Below, one piece after another: positions 47,318 through 57,831 of a stretch of 64,000 nucleotides of DNA. The position numbers and the translations under genes are program-made. Within the stretch, counting starts at the first letter, position 1. Every line of letters begins with the position of its first letter. Under the pieces are notes generated by a model, which was not told the origin of the DNA, did not search any database, and saw only the letters and a program-made list of their open reading frames with translations. The DNA is from Candidatus Shapirobacteria bacterium (GTDB taxonomy: Bacteria; Patescibacteriota; Microgenomatia; UBA12405), in NCBI GenBank assembly GCA_041659325.1, contig JBAZYN010000001.1, forward strand, positions 67,342 to 131,341, given 5' to 3'.

Positions 47318-48427
47318 CTAGCCTTTAGTATTTATTAGCTTATTCAATACGTCCCACCTTCTTTTTTTCTCCGCTTGCGGAATATCATTAGGGTAAAGAT
47401 CCGCCGACACCGTCCCTTTCCGGGGGGAATACTTATTAATATACGCTATCTCAAAACCTACCTTCTCACATACACTTTTAGTATTTTCAAAAGCCCTCTC
47501 GCTTTCTCCCGGGAAACCCACGATTATATCCGTACTAAACCGAACATCCGCCACCTTCTCCCTTATCTTTGAAACCAATTTCAAATACTCATCGGCCGTA
47601 TAACCCCGGTTCATTTTTGTCAAAATTTCGTCATCTCCCGACTGCAAAGGTAAGTGAAGCAACCTGTCAATATTTTTATTCTTTGCTATTACCTCAATCA
47701 GCTTGTCATCAAAATCCCATGGGTTACTACTAATAAATGAAATCTTGTCGAGCGGTTTCTGTGCAATTTCCGACAATAATTTTGGAAACAAAGTCTTTAA
47801 TCTGTTTTTCCCCATCGAAACAAATTTATCTGAATCAATCAGGTCTGTTCCGTATGAATTTACATTTTGACCTATCAGCACAATTTCCCTAAAACCGTTT
47901 GTGATTGATTTATCAACTTCTTCTAAAATTTCCTGAAAATCTCTGGAAATTTCTTTTCCCCGGGAAGTCGGGACAATACAATACGAACAATAATTATTAC
48001 ATCCTGAACTTATGGGGATCAAAGCTGCCCGATTCTTATCTCTCAGCGGCTCTATTTTGTAGCTGATCTTATCAATTGGTAGAAAACCGGAAACCGCCGG
48101 GAAGCGTTTTTGTAAACTCAAAAGGCCCCTACCGTTTTTCTGCCGAACGGACTTCCCGACCAGACAACCGGTCACACATATTTGAATTTTTTTGTCGTAC
48201 TTTTTGTTCCACTTATTTACCAGATTAATCAGCCCATAGGCCCTATTTTCCGCTGATTCTCGGATAATACATGTGTTTATAAGAACTAAATCGGCCTCTT
48301 TCCAATCACTTGCAAGTCTATATCCCTTTTCCCAATAAAAAGCCAAAATCCTCTCCGAGTCCGCACTATTTTGGATACACCCGAAAGTTTTGATAAAAAG
48401 GCGTGGATTTATCGGTCGTTTCACCAA
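47318..48427 (-). CDS. MiaB/RimO-family radical-SAM methylthiotransferase (short form, no TRAM domain).
   Basis: MTTase N-domain FIKTFGCIQN; radical SAM CNNYCSYC. Confidence 0.8.
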   Translation of the reverse strand: MVKRPINPRLFIKTFGCIQNSADSERILAFYWEKGYRLASDWKEADLVLINTCIIRESAENRAYGLINLVNKWNKKYDKKIQICVTGCLVGKSVRQKNGRGLLSLQKRFPAVSGFLPIDKISYKIEPLRDKNRAALIPISSGCNNYCSYCIVPTSRGKEISRDFQEILEEVDKSITNGFREIVLIGQNVNSYGTDLIDSDKFVSMGKNRLKTLFPKLLSEIAQKPLDKISFISSNPWDFDDKLIEVIAKNKNIDRLLHLPLQSGDDEILTKMNRGYTADEYLKLVSKIREKVADVRFSTDIIVGFPGESERAFENTKSVCEKVGFEIAYINKYSPRKGTVSADLYPNDIPQAEKKRRWDVLNKLINTKG

Positions 48428-48436
48428 AAGATTGTA

Positions 48437-48922
48437 TCACATCCTACGGTACAATTTAGCCCCTCCAATCGTGGCTGCCATCGCCAGTCCGATACCCAAA
48501 ACCGTAGGAAATGTGGTCCCCGAGGCCGGTAAAGTAGCCGCCCCCCCACTTTCGACTGAATTCCAGTCTACCCCATCGGTTCCCATGGACAGGCTAAAAC
48601 TAATTGTTGACCCTCCGCTAGCGATTGTCACCTCATGACCTCCGACGGTTAATGGTTCTGTCGGTGTAAATGACCAATTACCGGAGGAGTCAGCATTAAT
48701 CTGCATAGCATTGCCGTCAATCGTCACCACCACTTCAGCTCCGGGAGTAGCCTCACCCTTGAAAGCCGGTTGTGAACCCGTGTACCACCATTTCGTAATT
48801 TGCCTACCCCCCGTTTCCGAATTTCCAATCGATTTAAGATTAAAACCTGATGCAAATGCGTCACTTCTTCCCACAAACACAAAAACCAACAAAATAACAA
48901 TATACCCAAACACCTGTTTCAT
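48437..48922 (-). CDS. Secreted Ig-like (Big-type) surface protein with a C-terminal sorting-signal-like motif: LPASG, hydrophobic stretch, RRM tail.
   Basis: Signal peptide; beta-rich Gly/Thr domain; tripartite C-terminus. Confidence 0.55.
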   Translation of the reverse strand: MKQVFGYIVILLVFVFVGRSDAFASGFNLKSIGNSETGGRQITKWWYTGSQPAFKGEATPGAEVVVTIDGNAMQINADSSGNWSFTPTEPLTVGGHEVTIASGGSTISFSLSMGTDGVDWNSVESGGAATLPASGTTFPTVLGIGLAMAATIGGAKLYRRM

Positions 48923-49038
48923 AACCTAATACTAGTAGGACACTTTATAAACTTCAAGCATTAATCTGTAAAGACGTGGCGCGCTTTGTCTCTACGCGAA
49001 ATTTGACAACATACCGCAAAGAATGAGATATTATTTGC

Positions 49039-49683
49039 ATGGATTCAAATAATTCCAATCCCAGTCCACAAAACTCCGACGACACAAGCACCAAATATCA
49101 GAATATCCTGGACCAGTATTCCAAACAAATCACCCAAGTACCCGACCTGGATCCAGATTCCGATGATCAAGCAGTTGTAAATCCGGACAGCCTCCTCGGA
49201 GCTTCTCCGATAGAGTCTGTTTCGACACCACCTGCAGCTCTACCCACCGTACCTCATGTTTTGGCAACTCCAGTCCCCCCTCCGCCTTTAGACAAACAAG
49301 CTTCCCCACTGTCTTCAGATCCTGCTTCCGATAGTCCGCCAACCGCCCCCAACTCGCCGGAAAACATCCCTCCGATTACTCCCGCAAAAGAATCAAATTT
49401 TTTTAAAATCCTTTTTTTTGTTTCCCTATTAATATTTTTAGCCGTTACTTCGGCCTTGGCAATTAGTTTTATCAATAGCCCCAAAACCGCTACCGATTCT
49501 ACAAACCCTAGCGTCCCCGCAGACGTCGGACCTACTAGCACTCCCGGGGTTGAATCCTTCTGCTATCTCAACGACAACAAGTACAAATTAAACGAATCTT
49601 TCCCTTCTGCCGATGGCTGCAACACTTGCTCTTGCGGTTTAGACGGGACAATTTCCTGTACCGAAAAAGCCTGTAATGAATAA
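49039..49683 (+). CDS. Pro-rich membrane protein with a central TM segment and a Cys-rich C-terminal module.
   Basis: PPxP-rich N-half, TM ILFFVSLLIFLAVTSALAISFI, C-terminal CYLND...CNTCSCGLDGTISCTEKAC. Confidence 0.5.
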   Translation: MDSNNSNPSPQNSDDTSTKYQNILDQYSKQITQVPDLDPDSDDQAVVNPDSLLGASPIESVSTPPAALPTVPHVLATPVPPPPLDKQASPLSSDPASDSPPTAPNSPENIPPITPAKESNFFKILFFVSLLIFLAVTSALAISFINSPKTATDSTNPSVPADVGPTSTPGVESFCYLNDNKYKLNESFPSADGCNTCSCGLDGTISCTEKACNE

Positions 49684-49697
49684 CTTCAAACTACTCA

Positions 49698-49726
49698 TTG
49701 ACCGCATATCTGTTTGAAGCTATAAT
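49698..49726 (+). promoter_or_regulatory. Sigma70-type promoter: TTGACC, 17-nt spacer, TATAAT, upstream of rpoB.
   Basis: Matches the consensus hexamers at canonical 17-nt spacing. Confidence 0.55.
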
Positions 49727-49735
49727 ACAAAACAT

Positions 49736-49768
49736 TTGGCGAACAGGGTGAAGTATCGCCGATTTTTT
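49736..49768 (+). terminator. Hairpin (ttggcga..tcgccga, 13-nt loop) followed by a 6-T run, within the rpoB leader or as terminator of the upstream gene; possible attenuator.
   Basis: Inverted repeat and T-tract read directly. Confidence 0.35.
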
Positions 49769-49788
49769 ATAATATTTTAAAAAACGCG

Positions 49789-52700
49789 ATGGGTTCCGCA
49801 AAAAGAATAAATTGGGGTAAAAATTATCCTAACCTTCCGAAGCTTGATTTAATACAAATTCAAAAAGAATCATGGGGCAACTTTCTTGAAAAAGAGCTCA
49901 AAGAAACCATCAAATCCATTTCACCAATCACCGACTACACGGGAAACAACTGGAAGCTTGATTTGGGTGATCTGACATTTGATCCTATTACTGTTTCTCC
50001 TGAAGTTACCAAGAAAAAAGGTCTCAACTATACCGTCCCCGTTAGGATCAAAGCCACTTTAACCAATAAGAGAACCGGCGACATACGAGAAGAAGACGTT
50101 TTCTTTTTAAATCTCCCCACCATGACCCAGGAGGGGACATTTATTATTAACGGTATAGAGCGGGGTGTTATCAACCAATTAGTTCGCTCACCCGGGATCT
50201 ATTTTACCGGAGAAAACGACGCAGCCACCGGAAAAATACTTTACAATGCAGAAATTCGCCCGGTTCGGGGTTCATGGTTGGAATTTTTTATCGGCAAAAA
50301 AGATGTAATTTTTGCCAGGATTGATAGAAAAAAGAAATTTCCCGCCACAATAATTTTAAGAGCCGCCTGCAGCATGTCAGATAAGCAGCTTGTAAGTGAA
50401 TTTTCCGACTATATCAACCACACAATTCAGGCTGATCCCTCAAAGAATTCCGAAGAAGCAATTCTTGAATTCTATCGTAAATTACGTCCGGGAGAGCCGG
50501 TGGTTCTGGAAAACGCCGAGAAATTTTTTCAGGAAAGATTTTTTGACATAAAGACCTATGAACTTGGAAATGTCGGCCGCTATAAAATTAATAAGAAATT
50601 CAGGTTTAACTTTGATGACTTAAACAAAGATAACTGGGTTTTACGGAAAGAAGACCTTATCGCCACCATTAAGTATCTTATTCAGCTCCAAAAGGGTGAA
50701 GTTACCAGGCTAGACGATATTGACAGTTTAGCAAATCGTCGCCTAAGAAGATGCGGTGAAATAATTTCCCAAGTAGCTATTCGCCCGGCTCTGGCCAGAT
50801 TTGAAAGAATGGTTAAGGAAAGAATGAGTTTAATTCCCACCAAAGATAAGCCGGTTCCTTCTCAGATGATCAATCCTCAACCCCTTATTTCGTCACTTAA
50901 TACATTTTTTAGATCAAATCAATTATCGGCAATTCTTGATCAGACTAACCCTCTGGCGGAATTGGATCTCCTAAGAAGGGTAACTGTTGTGGGCGTCGGC
51001 GGATTAACCAGAGAGCGTGCTGCCTTCTCTATCCGTGATGTTCACAGTTCTCAATACGGTCGGATCTGTGCCGTTCGTTCCCCGGAAGGCCCGAATATCG
51101 GATTAGTTTCCTATTTGGCTTTATATGCCAAAGTCAACAAGTACGGCTTTATTGAAGCTCCGTTCCGAAAAGTAGAAAAAGACAAAAAGGGCTACAAAAT
51201 TTCTGATTTACCCACCTATCTTGATGCTGATGATGAATACAATACTCATATAACCCATCTTGGAGTCAAAATTACCGATCAAGGTTATATTGGGCAGGAT
51301 TGGGCCCCGATTAGATATCAGGGTGAATTTATCGAGGGCCCCGCAGATTCGATCGAATACATTGATCTCGTCCCCAATGAAATTGTCGGATCTTCCGCCT
51401 CATTAATCCCTTTCGTCGATCACGACGATGCCACCAGGGCACTAATGGGTTCGCACATGCAGACCCAGGCAGTTCCTCTAATCTCAACCGACTCCCCCTA
51501 TGTCGGTACCGGGATGGAATCAATCATCGCCACCTCAATGGGAAGAACAGTATTAGCCAACCATTCGGGTATAGTTACTTTTGTTGATGGTTCAAAAGTT
51601 ATCGTTTCGCTTGACAAAAAAGCCGACCAGAATGAAAATAATGATCATAGCGAAATTAGTCGTGATGGAAAGACTGAAACGTACCATGTAGGTAAGTTTG
51701 AAAGAACTTCACCGTATGGTACTTGTTACAATCAGCACGTTGTCGTGGACATCGGAGACAAGATTAAAAAAGGTGATTTAGTTATCGACGGTCCCTCAAC
51801 CAAAAACGGAGAATTATCTATCGGCAAGAACTTATTAGTTGCTTATGCCTCAATCGATGGTCTTGGCTACGAGGATTCTTTACTCATATCAGACCGGCTA
51901 GTGAAAGAAGATATCCTCACCAATGTTCAAATATATGAGTACAAAGCAGATGTTGTCGAAACAAAACTCGGATCAGAGGAGCTCACAAAAGATATCCCAA
52001 ATGTTTCTGAAGTTGAGCTCTCAAAACTGACTGACGATGGAATTGTAATGATTGGCGCCACAGTTGGTCCAAACGATATTCTGGTCGGAAAAGTTGAGCC
52101 GAGAGGAGAAAAAGAACTTTCAGCCGAAGAGAGATTATTACGCGCGATTTTCGGTGAAAAGGCCCGAGAAGTGAAAGACACCTCCCTTCGTGTCCCAAAC
52201 GGTGAAGGCGGAGTGGTCATAAAGGTAGATATCTTGGACAAAATAAACGGTGATGAACTGGACCCGGGCGTAAATAAGGTGGTAAAGGTATATGTCGCTC
52301 AAATAAGAAGAATTCAGGAGGGAGACAAAATTGCCGGAAGACATGGAAACAAAGGAGTAATTTCTCGTATTCTTCCCGAATATGATATGCCCAGGCTCGC
52401 CGACGGTACTCCCATTGATTTGGTTATGTCACCTCTGTCCGTTATCGCCCGTATGAACTTGGGACAGATTCTCGAAACCACTTTAGCTCATGCCGGATTT
52501 AAACTCAACCGTAAATACGATGTTCCGGTTTTCGAAAAATACTCTGAAGATCAAATCGGTAAAGAATTAAGTCAAGCTGGATTAGCCTCAAATGGCAAAA
52601 TCCAACTTTATGATGGCCGTACCGGCTTAGAATACGATCAACAAAGTGTCGTGGGGATAGGATACATTCTCAAGTTGGTTCACATGGTAGACGACAAAGT

Positions 52701-53115
52701 TCATTCCCGATCAACCGGTCCTTACTCTCTTGTCACCCAACAACCTCTCGGCGGTAAAGCCAGAATGGGTGGTCAACGACTTGGGGAGATGGAAGTTTGG
52801 GCTTTGGAAGCCCACCAAGCTGCCCATACCCTCCAGGAAATGCTTACCATTAAGTCCGACGACATAGAAGGGCGTACCCACGCCTTCCAGTCCATCATCA
52901 AAGGAATGCCGATTCCCGAACCGGCCATTCCGGAATCTTTTAAGGTATTAACAAAAGAACTTTCCGGTCTCGGTCTGGACATTTCTCCAGTAGGGCTAAA
53001 AGAGCCAGCAATCATCGAAGAGGAAATACCCGCTATTTCACCGAAGCAATCCAAACTACTCGAGGCAAAAGAAGCAAAAAATGAACTGTTAGAAGACGAA
53101 AAGGAGGAAAACTAA
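49789..53115 (+). CDS. rpoB: DNA-directed RNA polymerase beta subunit.
   Basis: Full set of RpoB conserved regions (GEMEVWALEAH etc.). Confidence 0.95.
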   Translation: MGSAKRINWGKNYPNLPKLDLIQIQKESWGNFLEKELKETIKSISPITDYTGNNWKLDLGDLTFDPITVSPEVTKKKGLNYTVPVRIKATLTNKRTGDIREEDVFFLNLPTMTQEGTFIINGIERGVINQLVRSPGIYFTGENDAATGKILYNAEIRPVRGSWLEFFIGKKDVIFARIDRKKKFPATIILRAACSMSDKQLVSEFSDYINHTIQADPSKNSEEAILEFYRKLRPGEPVVLENAEKFFQERFFDIKTYELGNVGRYKINKKFRFNFDDLNKDNWVLRKEDLIATIKYLIQLQKGEVTRLDDIDSLANRRLRRCGEIISQVAIRPALARFERMVKERMSLIPTKDKPVPSQMINPQPLISSLNTFFRSNQLSAILDQTNPLAELDLLRRVTVVGVGGLTRERAAFSIRDVHSSQYGRICAVRSPEGPNIGLVSYLALYAKVNKYGFIEAPFRKVEKDKKGYKISDLPTYLDADDEYNTHITHLGVKITDQGYIGQDWAPIRYQGEFIEGPADSIEYIDLVPNEIVGSSASLIPFVDHDDATRALMGSHMQTQAVPLISTDSPYVGTGMESIIATSMGRTVLANHSGIVTFVDGSKVIVSLDKKADQNENNDHSEISRDGKTETYHVGKFERTSPYGTCYNQHVVVDIGDKIKKGDLVIDGPSTKNGELSIGKNLLVAYASIDGLGYEDSLLISDRLVKEDILTNVQIYEYKADVVETKLGSEELTKDIPNVSEVELSKLTDDGIVMIGATVGPNDILVGKVEPRGEKELSAEERLLRAIFGEKAREVKDTSLRVPNGEGGVVIKVDILDKINGDELDPGVNKVVKVYVAQIRRIQEGDKIAGRHGNKGVISRILPEYDMPRLADGTPIDLVMSPLSVIARMNLGQILETTLAHAGFKLNRKYDVPVFEKYSEDQIGKELSQAGLASNGKIQLYDGRTGLEYDQQSVVGIGYILKLVHMVDDKVHSRSTGPYSLVTQQPLGGKARMGGQRLGEMEVWALEAHQAAHTLQEMLTIKSDDIEGRTHAFQSIIKGMPIPEPAIPESFKVLTKELSGLGLDISPVGLKEPAIIEEEIPAISPKQSKLLEAKEAKNELLEDEKEEN

Positions 53116-53116
53116 A

Positions 53117-56100
53117 ATGTTTAAATTCAGAAGTATGATTGACTTTACCGGTTTACAAATTAAGTTAGCCTCACCTGCCGACATTCTGTCCTGGTCAAAC
53201 GGTGAAGTAACCAAGCCGGAAACCATTAATTATCGAAGTTGGCGTCCCGAAAAAGACGGCCTATTTTGCGAAAAAATATTTGGCCCGAGCCACGATTTCG
53301 AATGCTATTGTGGAAAATACAAAAAAATCAGGTTCAAAGGGGTAATTTGCGACAAGTGTGGCGTCGAAGTCACCACCTCAAAAGTCAGGCGTGAACGGAT
53401 GGGTCATATCTCTCTGGCGGCTCCGGTTGCTCATTTGTGGTATCTTCGAAACACCCCCTCTCCAATCGGCGTAATTCTCGATATTCCCCAAAAAGATCTT
53501 GAATCAGTGGTATATTTTACAAAATTTTTAATCACATCAATTAATCCGGATAAAAGAAAAGAAGCCGTCGAGAATCTTGAAGAAAACTCTAAAAAAAGGA
53601 AAGAACAAATCAATATTGACTCAAAAAAAGCCACCGAGCTAAAGACCGAACAAAATATCAAAGAAAAGCAGGAACTGGCAAAAAAAATCAAAAACAAAGA
53701 TCAGCTCTTAATCGCCCAGGAAGAACGAGACGTCAGGCTTAAACAAGATCTTCAAAAAATCGAAAATAAAGCCCAAACAGAAAAAAACAGAATTGATGGT
53801 CTGATGAAATTTCTGGAAGACAAAATCCATTCTCTCCAGGTTCTTTCGACTCTGTCGGATGAAGAAAGCTTTTACCTCTCTCAGTTTAAATCAGACATTT
53901 TTTACGAGGCCAAAATGGGGGCAGAAGCTGTTCTGGAAGTCTTAAGCCAGATCGATTTGAAAGCAACGGTAAAAAATTTAAAGAAAGAATTAGGTAAAAC
54001 TACCAGTAAAGTCAAAAAGAAAAAGATCATGCACAAAATCAGGATAATCAACGGTATGATCGACAATAATATCTCTCCATCTTGGATGATAATGACTCAG
54101 GTTCCCGTTATTCCGCCGGACCTAAGACCGATGGTTCAGTTAACCGGTGGTAGATTTGCTACCTCAGATTTAAATGATTTATACCGTCGTCTGATAAACA
54201 GAAATAACCGGCTCAAAAAATTACTCAAACTTGGTGCGCCGGAAATAATCTTGCGCAATGAAAAGAGAATGCTTCAGGAATCGGTCGATACCCTCATCGA
54301 CGCCCAAAAAAGCAGTAAAAACAAAAGAAAAAGCACAAAGAGGACTCCACGTTCGCTATCCGACTTATTGCGTGGCAAAAAAGGCCGTTTCCGAAGGAAT
54401 TTGCTGGGGAAAAGAGTCGATTATTCCGGGCGTTCAGTTATTGTTGTCGGCCCGGAGCTAAAATTAAACGAAGTTGGTCTGCCAAAGGAAATCGCCCTGG
54501 AAATGTATCGCCCTTTTGTTCTTCGGGAACTAATGATGACCGGTTTAGCCCCAAATATTAAAAGTGCTAAAAATCTGATAGACCACCGTATCAATGAGGT
54601 GTATGATATCCTCGAAAAAGTTACCAAGGGAAGCTATGTTTTGTTAAATCGGGCTCCCACTCTCCATAAACTTTCGATTCAGTCGTTTAGGCCGGTACTT
54701 GTCGATGGATTAGCCATAAGGCTACACCCGTGTGTCTGTAAGGCCTTTAATGCCGATTTTGACGGAGATCAAATGGGTGTTCATCTCCCGCTATCTGCTG
54801 CTTCCCAGAAAGAGGCGCGGGTATTAATGTTGCCTTCAAGAAACCTGTTAAAACCATCAGACGGTAGTCCCGTATCAGTCCCAACCCAGGAGATGGCGGT
54901 TGGTTGTTATTATATAACTTCAGTCCGATCCGAAGATCTGGCAAAACTAGATCGGCAAGATTATGATGGTTTGTCAATTTTGGCAGACGAAAAAGAAGTT
55001 TCCTTAGCTTATGAGTCCGGAAAAATCGGTCTCAGAGAATTAATTGCCGTAAGAATCAAGGGTAAATTAATCAGAACTACCTATGGAAGAATCTGGTTCA
55101 ACAAGATCCTTCCAAAAGAGTTTAGTTTTGTAAATGAAGCAATGGCCGGAAGCAAAGCCGTGAATGACTTAATCGTCAAATCATTGGAAATTGCCGGAAG
55201 AATGAGAACTGTAAAGCTAATTGATAGCCTGAAAGATATCGGTTTCAAAGGCTTCACCCTCTCGGGGATCTCCCTCTCCATGGCCGATTGCGGCTACTTA
55301 CCTGAAAAGGGGGATATTATTTCATCTGCCAACAAACAGGTTTCAGAGATCGAAGATAACTATAAAATGGGTCTTATCAGTAACGAAGAGAAAAAACGGC
55401 TCAGTCAAAATGTCTGGATGGAAATTACCGAAGAAATTGCCGAAAAAACATGGGCAACCCTAGATGTTGATTCACCAATCAGAATTGTTTCCGCTGCCGG
55501 TATAAAACGTGCTTCCAAGGATCAAATCAAACAGCTGTCGGGTATGAGAGGCTTAATGGTCGATCCTACCGGACGTATCGTTCAATTACCAACCAAATCA
55601 AACTTTCGTGAGGGGCTTTCTGTATTTGAGTATGTCACCGGTGCCAGGGGTACTCGTAAAGGTTTGGCTGATACGGCATTAAAAACCGCCGATGCCGGTT
55701 ACCTAACCAGGAGACTTGTTGATGCTGCCCACGTTGCCATTATCCGTACCGACGATTGCGGTACGGCTAAATTTATTACCATCGAGAGAAACGACAAGGG
55801 TAGAGAAAGGTATTTTGGTCGTCGTATTTTGGGTAGAGTTTTAGCCAATGATGTCCTTGATCCAAATGCCAACAAAGTTATCGCCTCGAAAGGGGAGATT
55901 GTCAACAACGAGTTGGTTGCCGCAATCGATAAATGTGAAGTTAAATCGATTGACATTCGATCTGCGCTCGAATGCTCAGCCAAAAACGGACTCTGTCAGC
56001 AATGTTACGGTTGGGATCTTTCCACCAGGAAACTTGTCGAAGTTGGAGTTCCCGTTGGAGTTATCGCTGCCCAGTCGATTGGTGAGCCTGGTACTCAGCT

Positions 56101-56872
56101 CACTCTTCGTACCAAACACACCGGAGGAGTTGTCGGAGTCGACGTTACCCAAGGATTGCCCCGTATCCAGGAACTTTTTGAAGTTAGGACACCAAAATTA
56201 CCCTCACCCTTGGCCGAAATTAGTGGCAAAATAAAAATAAAAGAAAACCTGGATGGATATGAAATGAAATTAACCGGAAAAGACAAAAACAATGTTACCA
56301 AGACAATCAACTACGTATTGCCCATAAATGTTACTCTTTTGGTTTCAGACGGTGATCTGGTTGCCCAGGGAGCTCAACTATCATCCGGATCCCTAGATGT
56401 TCGGGAAATTATGGATATCAAGGGCATAGAGGCCGCTCAAAGATATCTGATAAACAGCATTCAATCGGTTTACGAATCTCAAGGAATCACAATCCATGAT
56501 AAGCACATGGAGGTAATCGTCAGAGAGATGAGTGACAAGCTAAAAATAGAAGATCCGGGAGATACCAATTTCATGTATGGTCAGGTTGTAACCAGACCTG
56601 CTTATACTATTGCCAACGATAAAGCAAAAAGTGCCAACGGAAAATCGTCAAAGGGTAAAAAGGTCCTGTTGGGGCTAATTCAGTCTGCCCTGTCAACCGG
56701 TTCTTGGTTATCGGCTTCTTCTTTTCAGCAAACAACCAACGTTCTTACCGAAGCTTCCCTTCTTGCTGAGGTTGATTGCTTGATTGGTCTAAAGGAAAAT
56801 GTTATTATCGGACGTCTGATACCAGTCAGTAAACATCAATTAACAAATACATGCCCACCTCAAACCAATTAA
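53117..56872 (+). CDS. rpoC: DNA-directed RNA polymerase beta' subunit.
   Basis: NADFDGDQM active site, zinc finger CxxC..CxxC, trigger loop. Confidence 0.95.
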   Translation: MFKFRSMIDFTGLQIKLASPADILSWSNGEVTKPETINYRSWRPEKDGLFCEKIFGPSHDFECYCGKYKKIRFKGVICDKCGVEVTTSKVRRERMGHISLAAPVAHLWYLRNTPSPIGVILDIPQKDLESVVYFTKFLITSINPDKRKEAVENLEENSKKRKEQINIDSKKATELKTEQNIKEKQELAKKIKNKDQLLIAQEERDVRLKQDLQKIENKAQTEKNRIDGLMKFLEDKIHSLQVLSTLSDEESFYLSQFKSDIFYEAKMGAEAVLEVLSQIDLKATVKNLKKELGKTTSKVKKKKIMHKIRIINGMIDNNISPSWMIMTQVPVIPPDLRPMVQLTGGRFATSDLNDLYRRLINRNNRLKKLLKLGAPEIILRNEKRMLQESVDTLIDAQKSSKNKRKSTKRTPRSLSDLLRGKKGRFRRNLLGKRVDYSGRSVIVVGPELKLNEVGLPKEIALEMYRPFVLRELMMTGLAPNIKSAKNLIDHRINEVYDILEKVTKGSYVLLNRAPTLHKLSIQSFRPVLVDGLAIRLHPCVCKAFNADFDGDQMGVHLPLSAASQKEARVLMLPSRNLLKPSDGSPVSVPTQEMAVGCYYITSVRSEDLAKLDRQDYDGLSILADEKEVSLAYESGKIGLRELIAVRIKGKLIRTTYGRIWFNKILPKEFSFVNEAMAGSKAVNDLIVKSLEIAGRMRTVKLIDSLKDIGFKGFTLSGISLSMADCGYLPEKGDIISSANKQVSEIEDNYKMGLISNEEKKRLSQNVWMEITEEIAEKTWATLDVDSPIRIVSAAGIKRASKDQIKQLSGMRGLMVDPTGRIVQLPTKSNFREGLSVFEYVTGARGTRKGLADTALKTADAGYLTRRLVDAAHVAIIRTDDCGTAKFITIERNDKGRERYFGRRILGRVLANDVLDPNANKVIASKGEIVNNELVAAIDKCEVKSIDIRSALECSAKNGLCQQCYGWDLSTRKLVEVGVPVGVIAAQSIGEPGTQLTLRTKHTGGVVGVDVTQGLPRIQELFEVRTPKLPSPLAEISGKIKIKENLDGYEMKLTGKDKNNVTKTINYVLPINVTLLVSDGDLVAQGAQLSSGSLDVREIMDIKGIEAAQRYLINSIQSVYESQGITIHDKHMEVIVREMSDKLKIEDPGDTNFMYGQVVTRPAYTIANDKAKSANGKSSKGKKVLLGLIQSALSTGSWLSASSFQQTTNVLTEASLLAEVDCLIGLKENVIIGRLIPVSKHQLTNTCPPQTN

Positions 56873-57273
56873 TCAGGAAAGGAAGGAAAACTCCGACCAA
56901 GAAAGTTAAAGCCGGTGCTCTTCGTAATAACTTTAACAGCATAAAGAATAGAAGCGTAAATACATTTAACCCCTTCAAGAAGGGGGTGGTGACAGTCGTC
57001 AAAACAATGACACCAAAAAAACCACATTCTGCATTGAGAAAGGTAGCCAGAGTTAAGCTCAGCAACCACAGTAGCGTTACCGCCTATATTCCCGGCATTG
57101 GACACAACCTTGCCGAACACGGTATAGTTAGCATCCGAGGCGGCAGAGTCAGGGATTTACCTGGTATCCGATATCATATCGTTCGCGGAAAATTTGATGC
57201 TGGTTCTGTCGTTGGCAGACTTCAATCCCGCAGTAAATATGGCGCAAAACGTCCATCGAAAGCTTCCGCCTAA
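56851..57273 (+). CDS. rpsL: 30S ribosomal protein S12.
   Basis: [13 protein letters not shown]...; overlaps the rpoC end by 22 nt. Confidence 0.95.
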   Translation: MPTSNQLIRKGRKTPTKKVKAGALRNNFNSIKNRSVNTFNPFKKGVVTVVKTMTPKKPHSALRKVARVKLSNHSSVTAYIPGIGHNLAEHGIVSIRGGRVRDLPGIRYHIVRGKFDAGSVVGRLQSRSKYGAKRPSKASA

Positions 57274-57322
57274 TTTATAACTTTAAAAAATTTATAAACT
57301 TTCAAACTTTATAACATAAATT

Positions 57323-57805
57323 ATGTCCAGAAAAGGTCAAAGTAAAATAAGAGACATCGTCCCCGACACAAAATATGCCAGTGTTATTGTGGGTAAGCTT
57401 ATTAATGCTGCCATGAAAGACGGCAAAAAATCAGTCGCCGAAAAACAGGTTTTTAATGCATTGGCGCTTGTCCAAAAAGAAACCGCCACGGCCGATGTTA
57501 CCACCACCTTTGAACAGGCTCTCGACAATATCAAGCCAAAAGTTGAAGTTCGTCCTCGACGCATCGGTGGCGCTGTGTATCAGGTTCCTACTCCGGTCCG
57601 CGGTAACCGCCAGTATTCTCTTGCCCTACGCTGGTTGATAACTGCCTCTCGCGCAAAAGCCAATAAGCAGTATCACACTTTTGCCGAAAAACTTTCGTCA
57701 GAAATCCTGCTTGCCCTGAAGAACGAGGGGGTAGCTGTTTCCAAAAGAGTTGAGATAGAAAGAATGGCCGAGGCCAACAAAGCCTTTGCCCACTTACGCT
57801 GGTAA
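57323..57805 (+). CDS. rpsG: 30S ribosomal protein S7.
   Basis: S7 family throughout. Confidence 0.95.
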   Translation: MSRKGQSKIRDIVPDTKYASVIVGKLINAAMKDGKKSVAEKQVFNALALVQKETATADVTTTFEQALDNIKPKVEVRPRRIGGAVYQVPTPVRGNRQYSLALRWLITASRAKANKQYHTFAEKLSSEILLALKNEGVAVSKRVEIERMAEANKAFAHLRW

Positions 57806-57831
57806 CCGAAATCGTCTATACTGAAACTAGG

